The notes under the pieces are model-generated. The model was not told the DNA's origin, did not search any database, and saw only the letters and a list, made by a program, of their open reading frames with translations. The position numbers were made by a program, and so were the translations under genes. Below are positions 29,342 through 39,141 of a stretch of DNA of 64,000 nt, in pieces. The DNA is from Myxococcota bacterium. GTDB lineage: Bacteria > Myxococcota_A > Polyangia > Polyangiales > Sandaracinaceae. The DNA is taken from assembly GCA_036149055.1 (NCBI GenBank), contig JAYZQJ010000009.1, positions 38,436 to 102,435 on the forward strand. Direction: 5' to 3'. Each line of letters begins with the position of its first letter. Positions within the stretch are counted from its first letter, which is position 1.

Positions 29342-29860
29342 ATGCGCTGCGTGCTGCTCTTGGTCGCCCTCGCGGCGGGGTGCTCGGAAGAGGCCCCGCC
29401 GAGCGTCGAGGGGGTGGGACGCGAGATCGTCGCGCCCCCTCCGCGCGAGCTGAATCAGGACTCGATCTACGACGGCGAGGGCGTGCCCCGCGAGTCGGAC
29501 GAGGTGGTCGCCGGCCTGACGCTGCCTCTCGGCCTCGAGGGGGTCGAGACCCGGGACGAGCGCCGCCACGTCTACACCTCGGAGGTCGCGCCCCAGGCGC
29601 TGCTGCGCTACTTCGGCCCGCGCCTGACGACGGTGGAGATCGAGCGCGAGGGCGAGGTGGTGACCTACCACGACGCGGCGCCCCGCGAGGCCCGCGGCGG
29701 CGTGGTGAAGCTCGACGTCACCATCGAGCCCTCGTCCCAGCGCGGCGTGCGCTCCCGGGTGGAGATCTACGAGATCCCGCCGCCCCCGCCCGAGGGCGTC
29801 GTCGTCTCCGAGGACGAGATCCGCCGCCACCTCGACGGGCTGAACGAACGCCGCGAGTGA
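29342..29860 (+). CDS. Hypothetical lipoprotein
   Basis: LAAGC lipobox; TAGCCT 7 nt before ATG. Confidence 0.75.
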   Translation: MRCVLLLVALAAGCSEEAPPSVEGVGREIVAPPPRELNQDSIYDGEGVPRESDEVVAGLTLPLGLEGVETRDERRHVYTSEVAPQALLRYFGPRLTTVEIEREGEVVTYHDAAPREARGGVVKLDVTIEPSSQRGVRSRVEIYEIPPPPPEGVVVSEDEIRRHLDGLNERRE

Positions 29861-29863
29861 CCG

Positions 29864-29929
29864 GGGACGATCTTATTCGAATCATCGAACTCGCTTCGCC
29901 GAGTTCGATGGTTTGAATAGGATCGTCCC
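29864..29929. terminator. 30-bp hairpin between convergent genes (bidirectional terminator or REP-like)
   Basis: GGGACGATCTTATTCGAATCATCGAACTCG-CTTCGC-CGAGTTCGATGGTTTGAATAGGATCGTCCC. Confidence 0.7.
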
Positions 29930-29935
29930 TGAACG

Positions 29936-31726
29936 TCAGATCGCGCCGCGCATGCGGAGGACCTTGTCGAACTCGGCGCGGGCGGCGCCGGTCTCGGCGG
30001 CGGCGGCGCGCTGGAGCAGGGGGACGACCTCGCTGTGGTCGGCGCGCACGAGGTGCTGCTGGGCCGCGTCGCGCTCGGCGCGGTCGCCGTGGCGGAGGAC
30101 GTCGATGAGGAGCTCGGCCGCCTCGACGCTCGGGATCTTGCCGATGCTCGCCAGCGCGGCGCGGCGCACCTCCGGGTCGCTCGCCTCGCGGTAGATGCGG
30201 CTGAGCGGGTCGAAGGCGTGGCCGAAGTGCAGGGCGCTGACGGCGGCCAGGGCCTCGCGGCGCACGGTCTTGTCCTCGTCGGCCAGGCCCTGGATGACCA
30301 GCACGAACGAGCGCTTGAAGAAGAGCTGCCGCACCGCCTTCATCACCGCCGCGCGCACCGCCGCGGAGTCGTGCTGGTACATCTTCTCGAGCGGCGCGAG
30401 CGCGGCGTAGATCTCCACCCGCCCGAGGTAGCCGGCGAGGTACTCGAGGGTCTGCTCGGACGGATGCGGCTCGCCGCTCCCGAGCTGCGCCAGCCGGCAG
30501 AGGAGGGCACGTCGCCGGGTGAAGTCCGGCCACTTCGTGTCGTGCACGACCTCGGCCATGGTCTCCGCCGGGTCGCCGTCCTGCTCCCACTCGACCACGT
30601 CGAGGCGCCAGATCTCCGGGTACGCCGTGTCCATGCGCAGGTAGTCCGGGAAGCTCGCCATCGGCGTGGTGTCGTCGCGCATCTCGGCCAGCCGGTGCTG
30701 GAGGCGGCGGTAGCGCGCCTTGCGCTTGTCCGAGAGCGGCAGCTCCGAGAGCCGCCCGTAGATGTCGCGCACGTGCGAGTAGAGGCCGAGCTCGTTGAAG
30801 GCGTCGATCGCCGCGGCGTAGGCGTTCTCGGTCAGCTCCGCCGAGCCGCCCTCCGCCATGCTCCGCTGCGCCGCCCGCACGTGGGTCTCGGCGCTGCGCT
30901 TCTGGTAGTGACGCGCGTAGGGCATGCTCTGGCGCCGCGCGTAGTCGGCCGCCTCGCGGAAGAGCGTCGCCGCCGCGTGCAGCTCGCCCCGCTCGAGCGC
31001 GAGCTCCTGGAAGTCCTCGTAGTACTGCAAGACGTAGTACTTGAGGTTGTCCTCGCGCAGGATGCGGATGCAGTTCAGGTAACCCTCGGCCAGGTTCTCG
31101 AACGAGCCCTGCTTCCCGATGGTCATGATGATCTGGTAGCAGTCGAACGCGCGCTCCCGCATGCCCTGCGTCTCGAAGCCGTCGGCCGCCGCCTCGAGGA
31201 GGTGCATCGACTGGATCACGTGGCGCCGCGCCGCCGCCTTGTCGGCGAGCTTGGTGCAGGCCATCGCGAGGTTGAAGCGCACGAGGCCCTGCGTGTACGG
31301 GTGGTCCCGCAGGCGCGCGTCCTCGGCGAGCTGCTCCCAGAGCACCCGGGCCGCGCGGAAGTTGCCGGCGTCCTCGAGCTGGATGGCCGCGTGGCCGAGC
31401 CAGCCCGCCTCCTCGAAGTGTCGGGCCGCCCGGTCGTGATCGCCGGCGTGCTGGGCGCAGCGCGCCATGTCCAGCGGCTGCCCCGCCGACAGCCGCTGCG
31501 CGTCGCCGATCTGCCCGAGGAAGAGCGCGATGGTCGCCGCCGCCCGCGTCCGCCCGAGCTGCAGGTAGGCGTCGGCCATCATGCGGAGGTAGCTCGCGAG
31601 CTCCTCGTCGATGACGTGGCTGCGGTCGACGAGCTGCCAGAGGAACTGGAGCGCCTCGCCCGGCTTGCCCGCCTGGAGCGCCCGCGAGGCGCGGCGGTAG
31701 GCGTCGCGCTTGTCGAGCGTGACCAT
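29936..31726 (-). CDS. TPR/SNAP-like helical repeat protein with C-terminal HEAT repeats
   Basis: Repeated AARHFEEAG / AADGFETQG / AATLFREAAD helices; AVRAAVMKA, VRREALAAV, VRRAALASIG. Confidence 0.85.
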   Translation of the reverse strand: MVTLDKRDAYRRASRALQAGKPGEALQFLWQLVDRSHVIDEELASYLRMMADAYLQLGRTRAAATIALFLGQIGDAQRLSAGQPLDMARCAQHAGDHDRAARHFEEAGWLGHAAIQLEDAGNFRAARVLWEQLAEDARLRDHPYTQGLVRFNLAMACTKLADKAAARRHVIQSMHLLEAAADGFETQGMRERAFDCYQIIMTIGKQGSFENLAEGYLNCIRILREDNLKYYVLQYYEDFQELALERGELHAAATLFREAADYARRQSMPYARHYQKRSAETHVRAAQRSMAEGGSAELTENAYAAAIDAFNELGLYSHVRDIYGRLSELPLSDKRKARYRRLQHRLAEMRDDTTPMASFPDYLRMDTAYPEIWRLDVVEWEQDGDPAETMAEVVHDTKWPDFTRRRALLCRLAQLGSGEPHPSEQTLEYLAGYLGRVEIYAALAPLEKMYQHDSAAVRAAVMKAVRQLFFKRSFVLVIQGLADEDKTVRREALAAVSALHFGHAFDPLSRIYREASDPEVRRAALASIGKIPSVEAAELLIDVLRHGDRAERDAAQQHLVRADHSEVVPLLQRAAAAETGAARAEFDKVLRMRGAI

Positions 31727-31728
31727 CG

Positions 31729-33252
31729 CTAGGCCTCCGCCTCCCCCGGGATCACCGAGTCACGTCGGCGCCGCTCCTCGGGCAGCAGGCTCTGGCGGTC
31801 CTCGCCGGCCGCGTCGTCGATGATGTCCATCGCCCGGCGGTTGCGGGCCTCGCGCTGATCGAGCGCCGCCTCGTCGACGACCTGCACGGTGTGGAGGCGC
31901 GGGATGTACTCGAGGTCCAGCTCGCCCTGCGAGGGGAGCATGAAGATCCCGTAGAGCTGCGCCATCGAGCGCAGCCGCTCGATCGTGTCCATCGGCACGT
32001 GGCACTCGGCGTGGGTGAGCACGTAGAGGATGGGCGTCTTGCGCTCGCGCTTCACCAGGCGCTGCAGGTCGTTGGCGAGCAGGCCGAAGACCTTGGCGTA
32101 GTTCCGCCCGTGCTCGCCCTTGAAGCAGAGCACGTAGGGCACGTTGATGCCGGCGTCCTGCGCACGGCGACGGCTCCGGGCGTGCTGCGGCTCGTAGAGG
32201 CGCGAGTCGAAGAAGCGGAAGTAGACGTCCTCGCCGCGCAGGCTGAGCTTCTTGATGAGGGTGAGCGCGAGCCCCCGCGCGAAGACCGAGCGCTGGCCCC
32301 GCATCGACGCGCTCGCGTCGCAGACGATGTAGTGGAGCCGCCGCTCCTCCTCGTGCTGCTTCTCGCGCGCGTAGTAGAAGACCTCGTTCTCCATGAAGCG
32401 CTGATCGAAGAGGTCCTCGTCGAAGGCGAGCTCGCTCAGCATCAGCGAGTCGAGCGTGCCGCGGCGCGCGAGCCCGGCGTAGCCGTCGACGCTGAAGGTC
32501 TGCTGGCCGCTCGCCTTCTTGGTCTCGAGCACGCTCGGCAAGAGATCGAGGCTGAAGTTGACGACGTCGTTGGCGTCGGGGCTCTGGAAGACGTTGAGCA
32601 GGTCGAGCATGCCGAGGGCGCTCGCCGCGCTCGCCTCGGCGCCGAACATGCCGAGCAGCCGGAGCGTGTCGAGGTCGATCTGCTCGACGCTGGTGATGAG
32701 CCGGAGCCGCTCGGCCGCGAGGTGCCCGAGGAACTTGGTGTCCGCGCTGCGATCGTGGGCCGAGAAGAGGTTCGGCAGCTGCGCGTCGAGGTCGCGGTAG
32801 ACCTCGGGGTCGAGCGGCAGCGGCACGCCAACCGGGCGGCGGCCGGGGCCGAGGTGACGCTCGTAGATGGGCCCGAGGATCTTCAGGAGGAGCACGCTGA
32901 TCAGGTCGTCGCCGAGCCGCCAGCCGCGGCTCTTCTCCATGACCTCGCTCTCGGAGATCTCGCGGATGGTGTCGACCCACAGCTCGTGGGCGCGGCGCGT
33001 CTCGGCCGCCAGCGGGATCCGCTCGAAGCCGCGGCGCGGGCCGATCGGCGCGGCCCCTCCGTCCTGGGTCGCGAGCGCGCCGATGTCGTGCACCGCCCAG
33101 AAGGGCACGGCGAGGCCGACCTTGGCGAGGGCGTTGCGCCAGTGGGCCGCGCGGAGCACGGCCATCGGGTTGTCCATCTGCACGCAGCTCAGCGCGAGGC
33201 CGCCCACGTCGCGGCCCTGCGCAGACTTTCCGAGCTGCGGGCTGACCGGCAT
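31729..33252 (-). CDS. vWA-domain partner of MoxR ATPase
   Basis: YIVCDASASMRG (DxSxS); RFFDSRL; preceded by GYAGLARRGTLDSLMLSELA...FYYARE. Confidence 0.85.
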   Translation of the reverse strand: MPVSPQLGKSAQGRDVGGLALSCVQMDNPMAVLRAAHWRNALAKVGLAVPFWAVHDIGALATQDGGAAPIGPRRGFERIPLAAETRRAHELWVDTIREISESEVMEKSRGWRLGDDLISVLLLKILGPIYERHLGPGRRPVGVPLPLDPEVYRDLDAQLPNLFSAHDRSADTKFLGHLAAERLRLITSVEQIDLDTLRLLGMFGAEASAASALGMLDLLNVFQSPDANDVVNFSLDLLPSVLETKKASGQQTFSVDGYAGLARRGTLDSLMLSELAFDEDLFDQRFMENEVFYYAREKQHEEERRLHYIVCDASASMRGQRSVFARGLALTLIKKLSLRGEDVYFRFFDSRLYEPQHARSRRRAQDAGINVPYVLCFKGEHGRNYAKVFGLLANDLQRLVKRERKTPILYVLTHAECHVPMDTIERLRSMAQLYGIFMLPSQGELDLEYIPRLHTVQVVDEAALDQREARNRRAMDIIDDAAGEDRQSLLPEERRRRDSVIPGEAEA

Positions 33253-33255
33253 CGG

Positions 33256-34434
33256 CTACTGCGAGAACTTCCCCGACTGGAAGACGTGGCCGAGGAGCTG
33301 GTCGACGCGCGCGATCGCCTCCTGGGCCGGCTGGGTGCCGATGGCCTGGAGCGCGGCCTTGATCTCGTTGAGCGCCTTGAGCTGGCTGAAGAGCTGGATG
33401 TCGCTGAGCGGGCGGTCGCCGGTGAGCAGCTCGCGGATGCGGTTGATCTCGGCGACGAGCGCGTCCATGCCGACGTCGGCGGCGCCGAAGCGGCGCGCCT
33501 CGGGGTGCTCGCGGTAGTGCGCCTCGAGCACCGGGCCGACGATGCCGTCGAGGATCTCCGCCTGGTCGAGGTTGTTCCAGATGTGGCGGAGGATGAAGAA
33601 GTCGCTCGCGTCCGGCGCCGGGCGGCCGTCGAGCATCGCGCTCGCCGCGAACAGCTTGAGCAGCTTGATCGCGCGGCGGTCGGACATCGAGACGCCCTCG
33701 GCGCGGATCTGGAAGACGAGCCCCTTGTAGGTGCTCAGGAACTCCTCGGGGAAGCTCCGCATGCGCTGCGCGAACTGCATCTGCAGCTCGTGGAGCGACT
33801 GCGCGGTCAGGAGCGGCTCCAGCTTGTCGTAGGTGCCGCTGAGCTTGTTGACCTCGTGGCTGAGGCCGCGCTGCAGGAGATCCTGGAAGTGGTAGCTGTC
33901 GAGGTTCTCGCTCCGCACGCGGAGGAGGAAGCGGTCGAAGACCGCCATGAGGTCCTCGTCGTTCGGGACCTCGTTCGACGCGCCGAACGCGCTGATGAGC
34001 GGGGTCTTCCAGACGCTGCCGCCCACCGTGTAGACGCGCTCGTTCAGCACGCTGAGCAGCGAGTTGAGGATCGCGCTGTTGGCCTTGAAGACCTCGTCGA
34101 GGAAGACGATCTCGGCCTGCGGGAGCATGCCGTCCATGCGGCGCTGGTACTCGCCGGAGCGGAACGCCTGGATGTCGATCGGGCCGAAGATCTCGTTCGG
34201 CTCGGTGAAGCGCGTCAGCAGGTACTCGAAGTACGTCGCGTCGACGAGCTTCGCGAAGAGGCGGATGAGCGCGCTCTTGGCCGTACCGGGCGGACCGATC
34301 AGCACCATGTGCTCGCCGGCGATGGCGGCGACGAGCATGAGGCGCACCGCTTCGCTCTTGCCGAGGAAGGTGGCCTCGAGGGTGCGCGCCACCTGCTGGA
34401 GGCGCTGGATGGTCGCGGATGCGGGGGCGGTCAC
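33256..34434 (-). CDS. MoxR/RavA-like AAA+ ATPase
   Basis: GPPGTAKS; YFEYLLTRFTEPNEIFGP; VFLDEVFKANSAILNSLL; ASNE; DRFLLR; GTG overlaps the upstream stop. Confidence 0.92.
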   Translation of the reverse strand: MTAPASATIQRLQQVARTLEATFLGKSEAVRLMLVAAIAGEHMVLIGPPGTAKSALIRLFAKLVDATYFEYLLTRFTEPNEIFGPIDIQAFRSGEYQRRMDGMLPQAEIVFLDEVFKANSAILNSLLSVLNERVYTVGGSVWKTPLISAFGASNEVPNDEDLMAVFDRFLLRVRSENLDSYHFQDLLQRGLSHEVNKLSGTYDKLEPLLTAQSLHELQMQFAQRMRSFPEEFLSTYKGLVFQIRAEGVSMSDRRAIKLLKLFAASAMLDGRPAPDASDFFILRHIWNNLDQAEILDGIVGPVLEAHYREHPEARRFGAADVGMDALVAEINRIRELLTGDRPLSDIQLFSQLKALNEIKAALQAIGTQPAQEAIARVDQLLGHVFQSGKFSQ

Positions 34435-35588
34435 GGTCGAACCTCCGAGAGGGAAGCGGCGCCTCGCGGCGTCGGCCGCTGGCATCGTCGAACGAGCGGG
34501 GCGACCTCGTCGAGGACGCCGTCGGGGAGCGCCGACGCGAGCCGGGCGCAGCGCTCTTGCACCACCCCGCGGTCGTCGTCGTCGAAGGCGCGCACTTCGT
34601 CGAGCATGGTCTCGTCGTCGAAGAACGCGGGCAGGACCGCGGCGTAGCGCGCCACGTCGCGGTCGGAGAGGTCGAGCCGATCCGGCAGGGCCGGGCCGGG
34701 CACGTCGAGCGTCGCCGTCATCTGCACCTCGAAGCAGAGCGCGAGCGCGAAGTAGAGGTGCGCGGGCGGCGCGTGCTGGAGGAGCGGGTCGCCGAGCGCG
34801 CGGCCGAGGCGGGGGGCGGCCTTCCACTCGCCGCGGGCCACGATCTCGCGGGCCACGCCGCCGCGGATCGCGTCGTCGCTGAGCACGGCCAGGGTGGCGA
34901 GCCCGAAGCGGAAGCTCTCGCAGAGATCGAGCCGGAGCAGCTCCGTCACCGGGCTGCGCGAGAGCAGCTCCCGGAGCTGACGCCGGGTCTGCAGGCCGGC
35001 CTTGGCGTCGACCTCGCTCCAGAGCGTCTCGATGTCGATCAGGTTCTCCTGCTTGCGGAAGTCGCCCATGATCGGCCGGGTCAAGAGCCCGCTGTTCGTG
35101 GGCCGCCCGATGAAGCGGTAGGTGTAGGCCCAGCTCTTGGCGACGACGTCCTTGCGGCGCAGGGCCGGCAGCGGGTCGAGGAGCGCGTGGCGCGCGAGCG
35201 CGTCGGCCCGGGTGTTCGGCGGCGCGACCGCGTCGATGATCTCGGCGACCCACGCGCCGATGTCCTCGCGGTGGCCGCGGGCGAAGAGGCGGTCGAGCTT
35301 GGGGTCGGTGATCAGCACGAGGTCGTAGGCGGCCATCGCGAGCAGGACCAGGTCGCGGTCCGGCCAGGGCACGTTGCGGATCGGCGCGAGCGCCGAGGCC
35401 TGCCGGTGCAGGGCGTCGTAGATCTCGTGGTCGGCGAGCGAGTCGGTGGAGGTGGCGTGGGCGAAGTAGCTGATCGCGCCGGGCGCGAGCGGGCGGTCCA
35501 CGCTCACCATGCCGCCGGTCACCAGCGGCTGCACGAAGCCCGACACCAGCGCGTCGAACTGGCGCTGCAGCTTGTCGCCCTGGCTCAC
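34431..35588 (-). CDS. Hypothetical protein (MoxR operon)
   Basis: 385 aa (VSQGDKLQRQF...), GTGA overlaps at both ends. Confidence 0.8.
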   Translation of the reverse strand: MSQGDKLQRQFDALVSGFVQPLVTGGMVSVDRPLAPGAISYFAHATSTDSLADHEIYDALHRQASALAPIRNVPWPDRDLVLLAMAAYDLVLITDPKLDRLFARGHREDIGAWVAEIIDAVAPPNTRADALARHALLDPLPALRRKDVVAKSWAYTYRFIGRPTNSGLLTRPIMGDFRKQENLIDIETLWSEVDAKAGLQTRRQLRELLSRSPVTELLRLDLCESFRFGLATLAVLSDDAIRGGVAREIVARGEWKAAPRLGRALGDPLLQHAPPAHLYFALALCFEVQMTATLDVPGPALPDRLDLSDRDVARYAAVLPAFFDDETMLDEVRAFDDDDRGVVQERCARLASALPDGVLDEVAPLVRRCQRPTPRGAASLSEVRP

Positions 35589-37105
35589 GGCTCGTCGTCC
35601 TCGCCGTCGCTCGAGGCCACCGGCAGGTCCTTGCCGGGCACGCCCCAGAGCGGGAAGCGCCGCGCGTCGCCGTACTGCATGAGCGGGAGCGGCGGGTCGA
35701 GCTGAGGCGGCGCGTCGGCCGAGACGGTGTGCGCGGCGACGTCCCGGAGCACCTGCCGGGAGACCGGCCCGAAGGCGCTCGCCGGCACCACCCGCGGCGT
35801 GCCCGGCGGCTCGAAGAAGACGTGGCCGCCCTGCCGGTCGGAGACGAGGTCGGCGAGCACCTGCGGCGCCACCGCGGGCACGAGCGTCATGCCGCTCGGC
35901 ACGTAGATGCGCTCGGCCACCTCGGAGTAGAAGACCCCGAGCGGCACGCCCTCGATCCCGCCCGCGTCGAGCAGGTAGATGCGGTCCTCGGCGATCGCCA
36001 TGCGCAGGGTGCTCAGGGTGCGCGGCGGCAGCGCGTAGAGCATGCGCGCCAGCCACTCCCGCTGCTCGACCGGGACCACCGCCGCGACCACCGCGCGCCA
36101 GGGGGCCATCGTCGCGTCGAGCTTGAGGGGCAGCTCGAAGGTGAGGTCGCCGCCGCCCGCCTTGCCCTTCTCCACCGCCCGCGCCTTCTCGAGGTGCAGC
36201 TCGTTGCGCACCAGGCTCCGCACCGGGGCGAAGGGGGGCGCCGGGTCGACGACGAGCACGTCGCCGTCGCCGCGGAAGAGGGTGAGCGCGTCGTCCTCGA
36301 AGATGCTCTGGCAGCTCTCGAGCGCGATCGGGTGGCGGAAGCCGAGCTCGACCGCGAAGGTGGCGCCGATCGGCTCGAAGACGTGCACCCCGGGCAGCGC
36401 GGCCATGAGCTCGACGATGCGGGGCGGGGTCTCGTTGACGTCGAAGACGTAGAGGCGCCTCGTGGCGTCGTCGAAGGCGGACTCGCTGGGCCACTCCGCG
36501 AACGCCGCGCGGGCCTGCACCTGCCAGCGGAAGAGGTAGCCGACGAGCGCCCCGCCGATGCCGACCTCGGCGGTGACGAAGAGGTGCGAGGGCGCGGCGT
36601 GCCGCTCGGACGGAGGCACCCGCACCGGCTCGAGCTTCATGACGAGGTCGCGGAACCCGATCTCGCGCTCGAAGGAGTACGGCTGGCGGAAGCTGTCGTG
36701 ATAGAGCACCACGTCGGCTCGCTCGTCGAGCAGCTCCTCGACGTCGTAGCCGAGGGGGGAGCCGGCGTCGCGGTACTTCACGAAGTGCCGCGAGGTCCCG
36801 GTGAAGACGAGCCCGCCGGCGAGCTTGGCGACCGACGCGATCCGGTCCATCCGGTAGGAGGACTCGGCGGCGCAGCTGAGCAAGATCTCGCGCGTCTTCA
36901 GCGGGGTGACCACCCGGCGCAGGTCGAGGCTCGGGAGGAGCTCGTCGAGCGATCCCTCCTCGCCGTAGGCGCGCAGGAAGGCCACGAGCCGGTCGAGGCT
37001 CGGGAAGAGCACCGCCCCCTTTTGCCCCAGGACCACCCCGCGGGCGTCGGGCGTGACACCGGGTGTGCGGAAGCGGGTCTGATGGAGCGCCGCGCGTTCG
37101 AGCAC
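35585..37105 (-). CDS. Hypothetical protein (first gene of MoxR operon)
   Basis: 506 aa with globular composition; TACGGT 7 nt before GTG. Confidence 0.82.
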   Translation of the reverse strand: MLERAALHQTRFRTPGVTPDARGVVLGQKGAVLFPSLDRLVAFLRAYGEEGSLDELLPSLDLRRVVTPLKTREILLSCAAESSYRMDRIASVAKLAGGLVFTGTSRHFVKYRDAGSPLGYDVEELLDERADVVLYHDSFRQPYSFEREIGFRDLVMKLEPVRVPPSERHAAPSHLFVTAEVGIGGALVGYLFRWQVQARAAFAEWPSESAFDDATRRLYVFDVNETPPRIVELMAALPGVHVFEPIGATFAVELGFRHPIALESCQSIFEDDALTLFRGDGDVLVVDPAPPFAPVRSLVRNELHLEKARAVEKGKAGGGDLTFELPLKLDATMAPWRAVVAAVVPVEQREWLARMLYALPPRTLSTLRMAIAEDRIYLLDAGGIEGVPLGVFYSEVAERIYVPSGMTLVPAVAPQVLADLVSDRQGGHVFFEPPGTPRVVPASAFGPVSRQVLRDVAAHTVSADAPPQLDPPLPLMQYGDARRFPLWGVPGKDLPVASSDGEDDEP

Positions 37106-37239
37106 GCGCGCGACCGTAGCACAGTCCCGCCCCTCCGGATCTCTCCGGAAACGCCCGGTTGCGGCGATCGCGTTCGGGGGGAGGTGGACCGATGAGTTCT
37201 CGTGTCCGGGCCGGTCCGTCTGGAGGAAGGAGGGATCCG

Positions 37240-37725
37240 ATGAGCGAAGGACAGAAGATCGTGACGAACCTCTGGTTCGAATCCGACGCCGAGGAGGCGG
37301 TGGGCTGGTACACGCGGGTGTTCGACGGCGAGGTGGTCCGCATCAGCCGCTACGGGCCCGAGGGGCCGGGGCCGGAGGGGGCGGCGATGGTCATCGACTT
37401 CCGCCTCTTCGGGCAGCGCTTCTCGGCCATCAACGGCTACGCGGACTTCCCGTTCACCGAGGCCATCTCGCTGCTCGTGCAGTGCGACTCGCAGGCGGAG
37501 ATCGACCGCTACTGGGGCGCGCTCCTCGAGGGGGGCGGCGAGGCGATCCAGTGCGGCTGGCTGAAGGATCGCTACGGGCTGCGCTGGCAGATCGTGCCGC
37601 GGAAGCTCGAGCGGATGCTCGCCAGCGACGACCGCGAGGCGGCTGGCCGGGCGAGGAAGGCGATGTTCGGCATGAAGAAGATCGACCTGCCGGCGCTCGA
37701 GGAGGCGTACGGCGGAGACTCCTGA
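37240..37725 (+). CDS. VOC/PhnB-like (3-demethylubiquinone-9 3-methyltransferase family) protein
   Basis: KIVTNLWF; FTEAISL; CGWLKDRYGLRWQIVP; MKKID. Confidence 0.9.
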   Translation: MSEGQKIVTNLWFESDAEEAVGWYTRVFDGEVVRISRYGPEGPGPEGAAMVIDFRLFGQRFSAINGYADFPFTEAISLLVQCDSQAEIDRYWGALLEGGGEAIQCGWLKDRYGLRWQIVPRKLERMLASDDREAAGRARKAMFGMKKIDLPALEEAYGGDS

Positions 37726-37780
37726 CGGCACGCCGTCAGGAGGGGGCCCGCAGAGTCAGGACGACCGAAAGGAGAAGAGG

Positions 37781-38149
37781 ATGAGCGCCAAGGAGATCGG
37801 ACAGGACCTCGTGAAGCTGTGCCGCGAGGGCAAGAACCTCGAGTGCATCGACAGGTACTACGCCCAGGACGTCGAGTCGGTGGAGGCGGCGGCGCCGCCG
37901 GGCGGGGACCGCGTGGCCAAGGGCATCGAGGCCATCAAGGGCAAGAACCAGTGGTGGATGGAGAACCACGAGGTCCACTCCTCCAGCGTCGAGGGCCCGT
38001 ACCCGCACGGGAACGACAAGTTCGCGGTGCGGTTCGTCATCGACGTGACCTTCAAGCCCGAGAAGAAGCGCACGAAGATGGACGAGATCGGCGTCTTCAC
38101 GGTGAAGGACGGCAAGATCGTCCGTGAAGAGTTCTTCTACGACATGTAG
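37781..38149 (+). CDS. SnoaL-like/NTF2-family protein
   Basis: LVKLCREG..YAQDVESVE...VKDGKIVREEFFY. Confidence 0.88.
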   Translation: MSAKEIGQDLVKLCREGKNLECIDRYYAQDVESVEAAAPPGGDRVAKGIEAIKGKNQWWMENHEVHSSSVEGPYPHGNDKFAVRFVIDVTFKPEKKRTKMDEIGVFTVKDGKIVREEFFYDM

Positions 38150-38225
38150 AGGAGGGGGGACGCTCGTCGTCATACCGTCATTCGGCCGATGACGACGGGC
38201 GTCTCCATCGCCTATGCTGCGCGGC

Positions 38226-38696
38226 ATGAGCGCTCTGAACGCGATCTCTCAACCCGCGCGCGAGGTCCTGCTGGAGGCGCTGATGAGCGTCGCCTGGGCG
38301 GACCGGACGCTCGCCGACGAGGAGCGGAAGGCGGCGCAGGCCGCCGCGATGAGCCTCGGGCTCGTGCTGCCCGGTGAGCGGGACCTCGCCTCCCCCGACC
38401 GCACGCCGATCCCGCCGGAGCAGCTGGCGGTGGACGCGCTGAACACGCGGGACCGCGAGCTGGTCTTCCTCTGCGCCGCGTGGATGGCGTTCGCCGACGA
38501 GGTCGAGGACCCGAGCGAGACGCAGATCCTCGACCGGCTGCAGCGCCGCTTCGAGCTGACCGAGGAGCGGGTGAAGTGGCTCAAGGAGCGCGCCCACGAG
38601 CTGCGCGACGAGCAGGCCCCGGACGCCTCCTGGTGGCGGGCGTTCGACAAGCTGGTGGTCGAGGCGGCCAAGGCGCTCCAGGGCCCCGCGCGCTGA
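38226..38696 (+). CDS. TerB-like protein
   Basis: SVAWADRTLADEE and MAFADEVEDPSE motifs. Confidence 0.75.
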   Translation: MSALNAISQPAREVLLEALMSVAWADRTLADEERKAAQAAAMSLGLVLPGERDLASPDRTPIPPEQLAVDALNTRDRELVFLCAAWMAFADEVEDPSETQILDRLQRRFELTEERVKWLKERAHELRDEQAPDASWWRAFDKLVVEAAKALQGPAR

Positions 38697-38700
38697 CCGC

Positions 38701-39141
38701 ATGCTCCCTCGCGCGTTGATCCTCGTCGCCTTGCTCGGCGCGACCTCCGCGGCGTCGGCGCAGGACTCGCCCGCCCCCGGCACGGTGGAGGCGCGCGCCG
38801 AGGACGTGCGCGAGCGGGTGCGGCGGGTGGAAGAGGGCCGCGGCTCGGACGCCGCCGAGGACGCGTTGGGCCACGCGCGGCGGGCCCTCGGGGCGGCGCG
38901 TCGGGCGGAGGGCGCGGCGGCCGACCGGGCGGTGTCGATCGCGGAGGCGGCGGTGACCCTCGCGGAGCGGCTGGCGGCGCGGGCGCGGGCGCGGAACGGG
39001 CTGACCCAGGCGCGCGAGGCGAAGGAGGCGGCGATGCGGCGCGCGGCGGCGGCCCGGGAGGCGCTCGAGCACGCGCTCCGGGAGCGGGCGCGGCTGCGTC
39101 AGGCCCTCGAAGAGGCGGCGCCGCCGGAGGCCGAGGAGTGA
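38701..39141 (+). CDS. Secreted Ala/Arg-rich coiled-coil protein
   Basis: Signal peptide; coupled to the next gene (GTGA). Confidence 0.65.
   Translation: MLPRALILVALLGATSAASAQDSPAPGTVEARAEDVRERVRRVEEGRGSDAAEDALGHARRALGAARRAEGAAADRAVSIAEAAVTLAERLAARARARNGLTQAREAKEAAMRRAAAAREALEHALRERARLRQALEEAAPPEAEE

Noticed and set aside
38226..38696. Tellurite-resistance (ter) operon
   Set aside because: Only a lone TerB-like gene; no terC/D/Z
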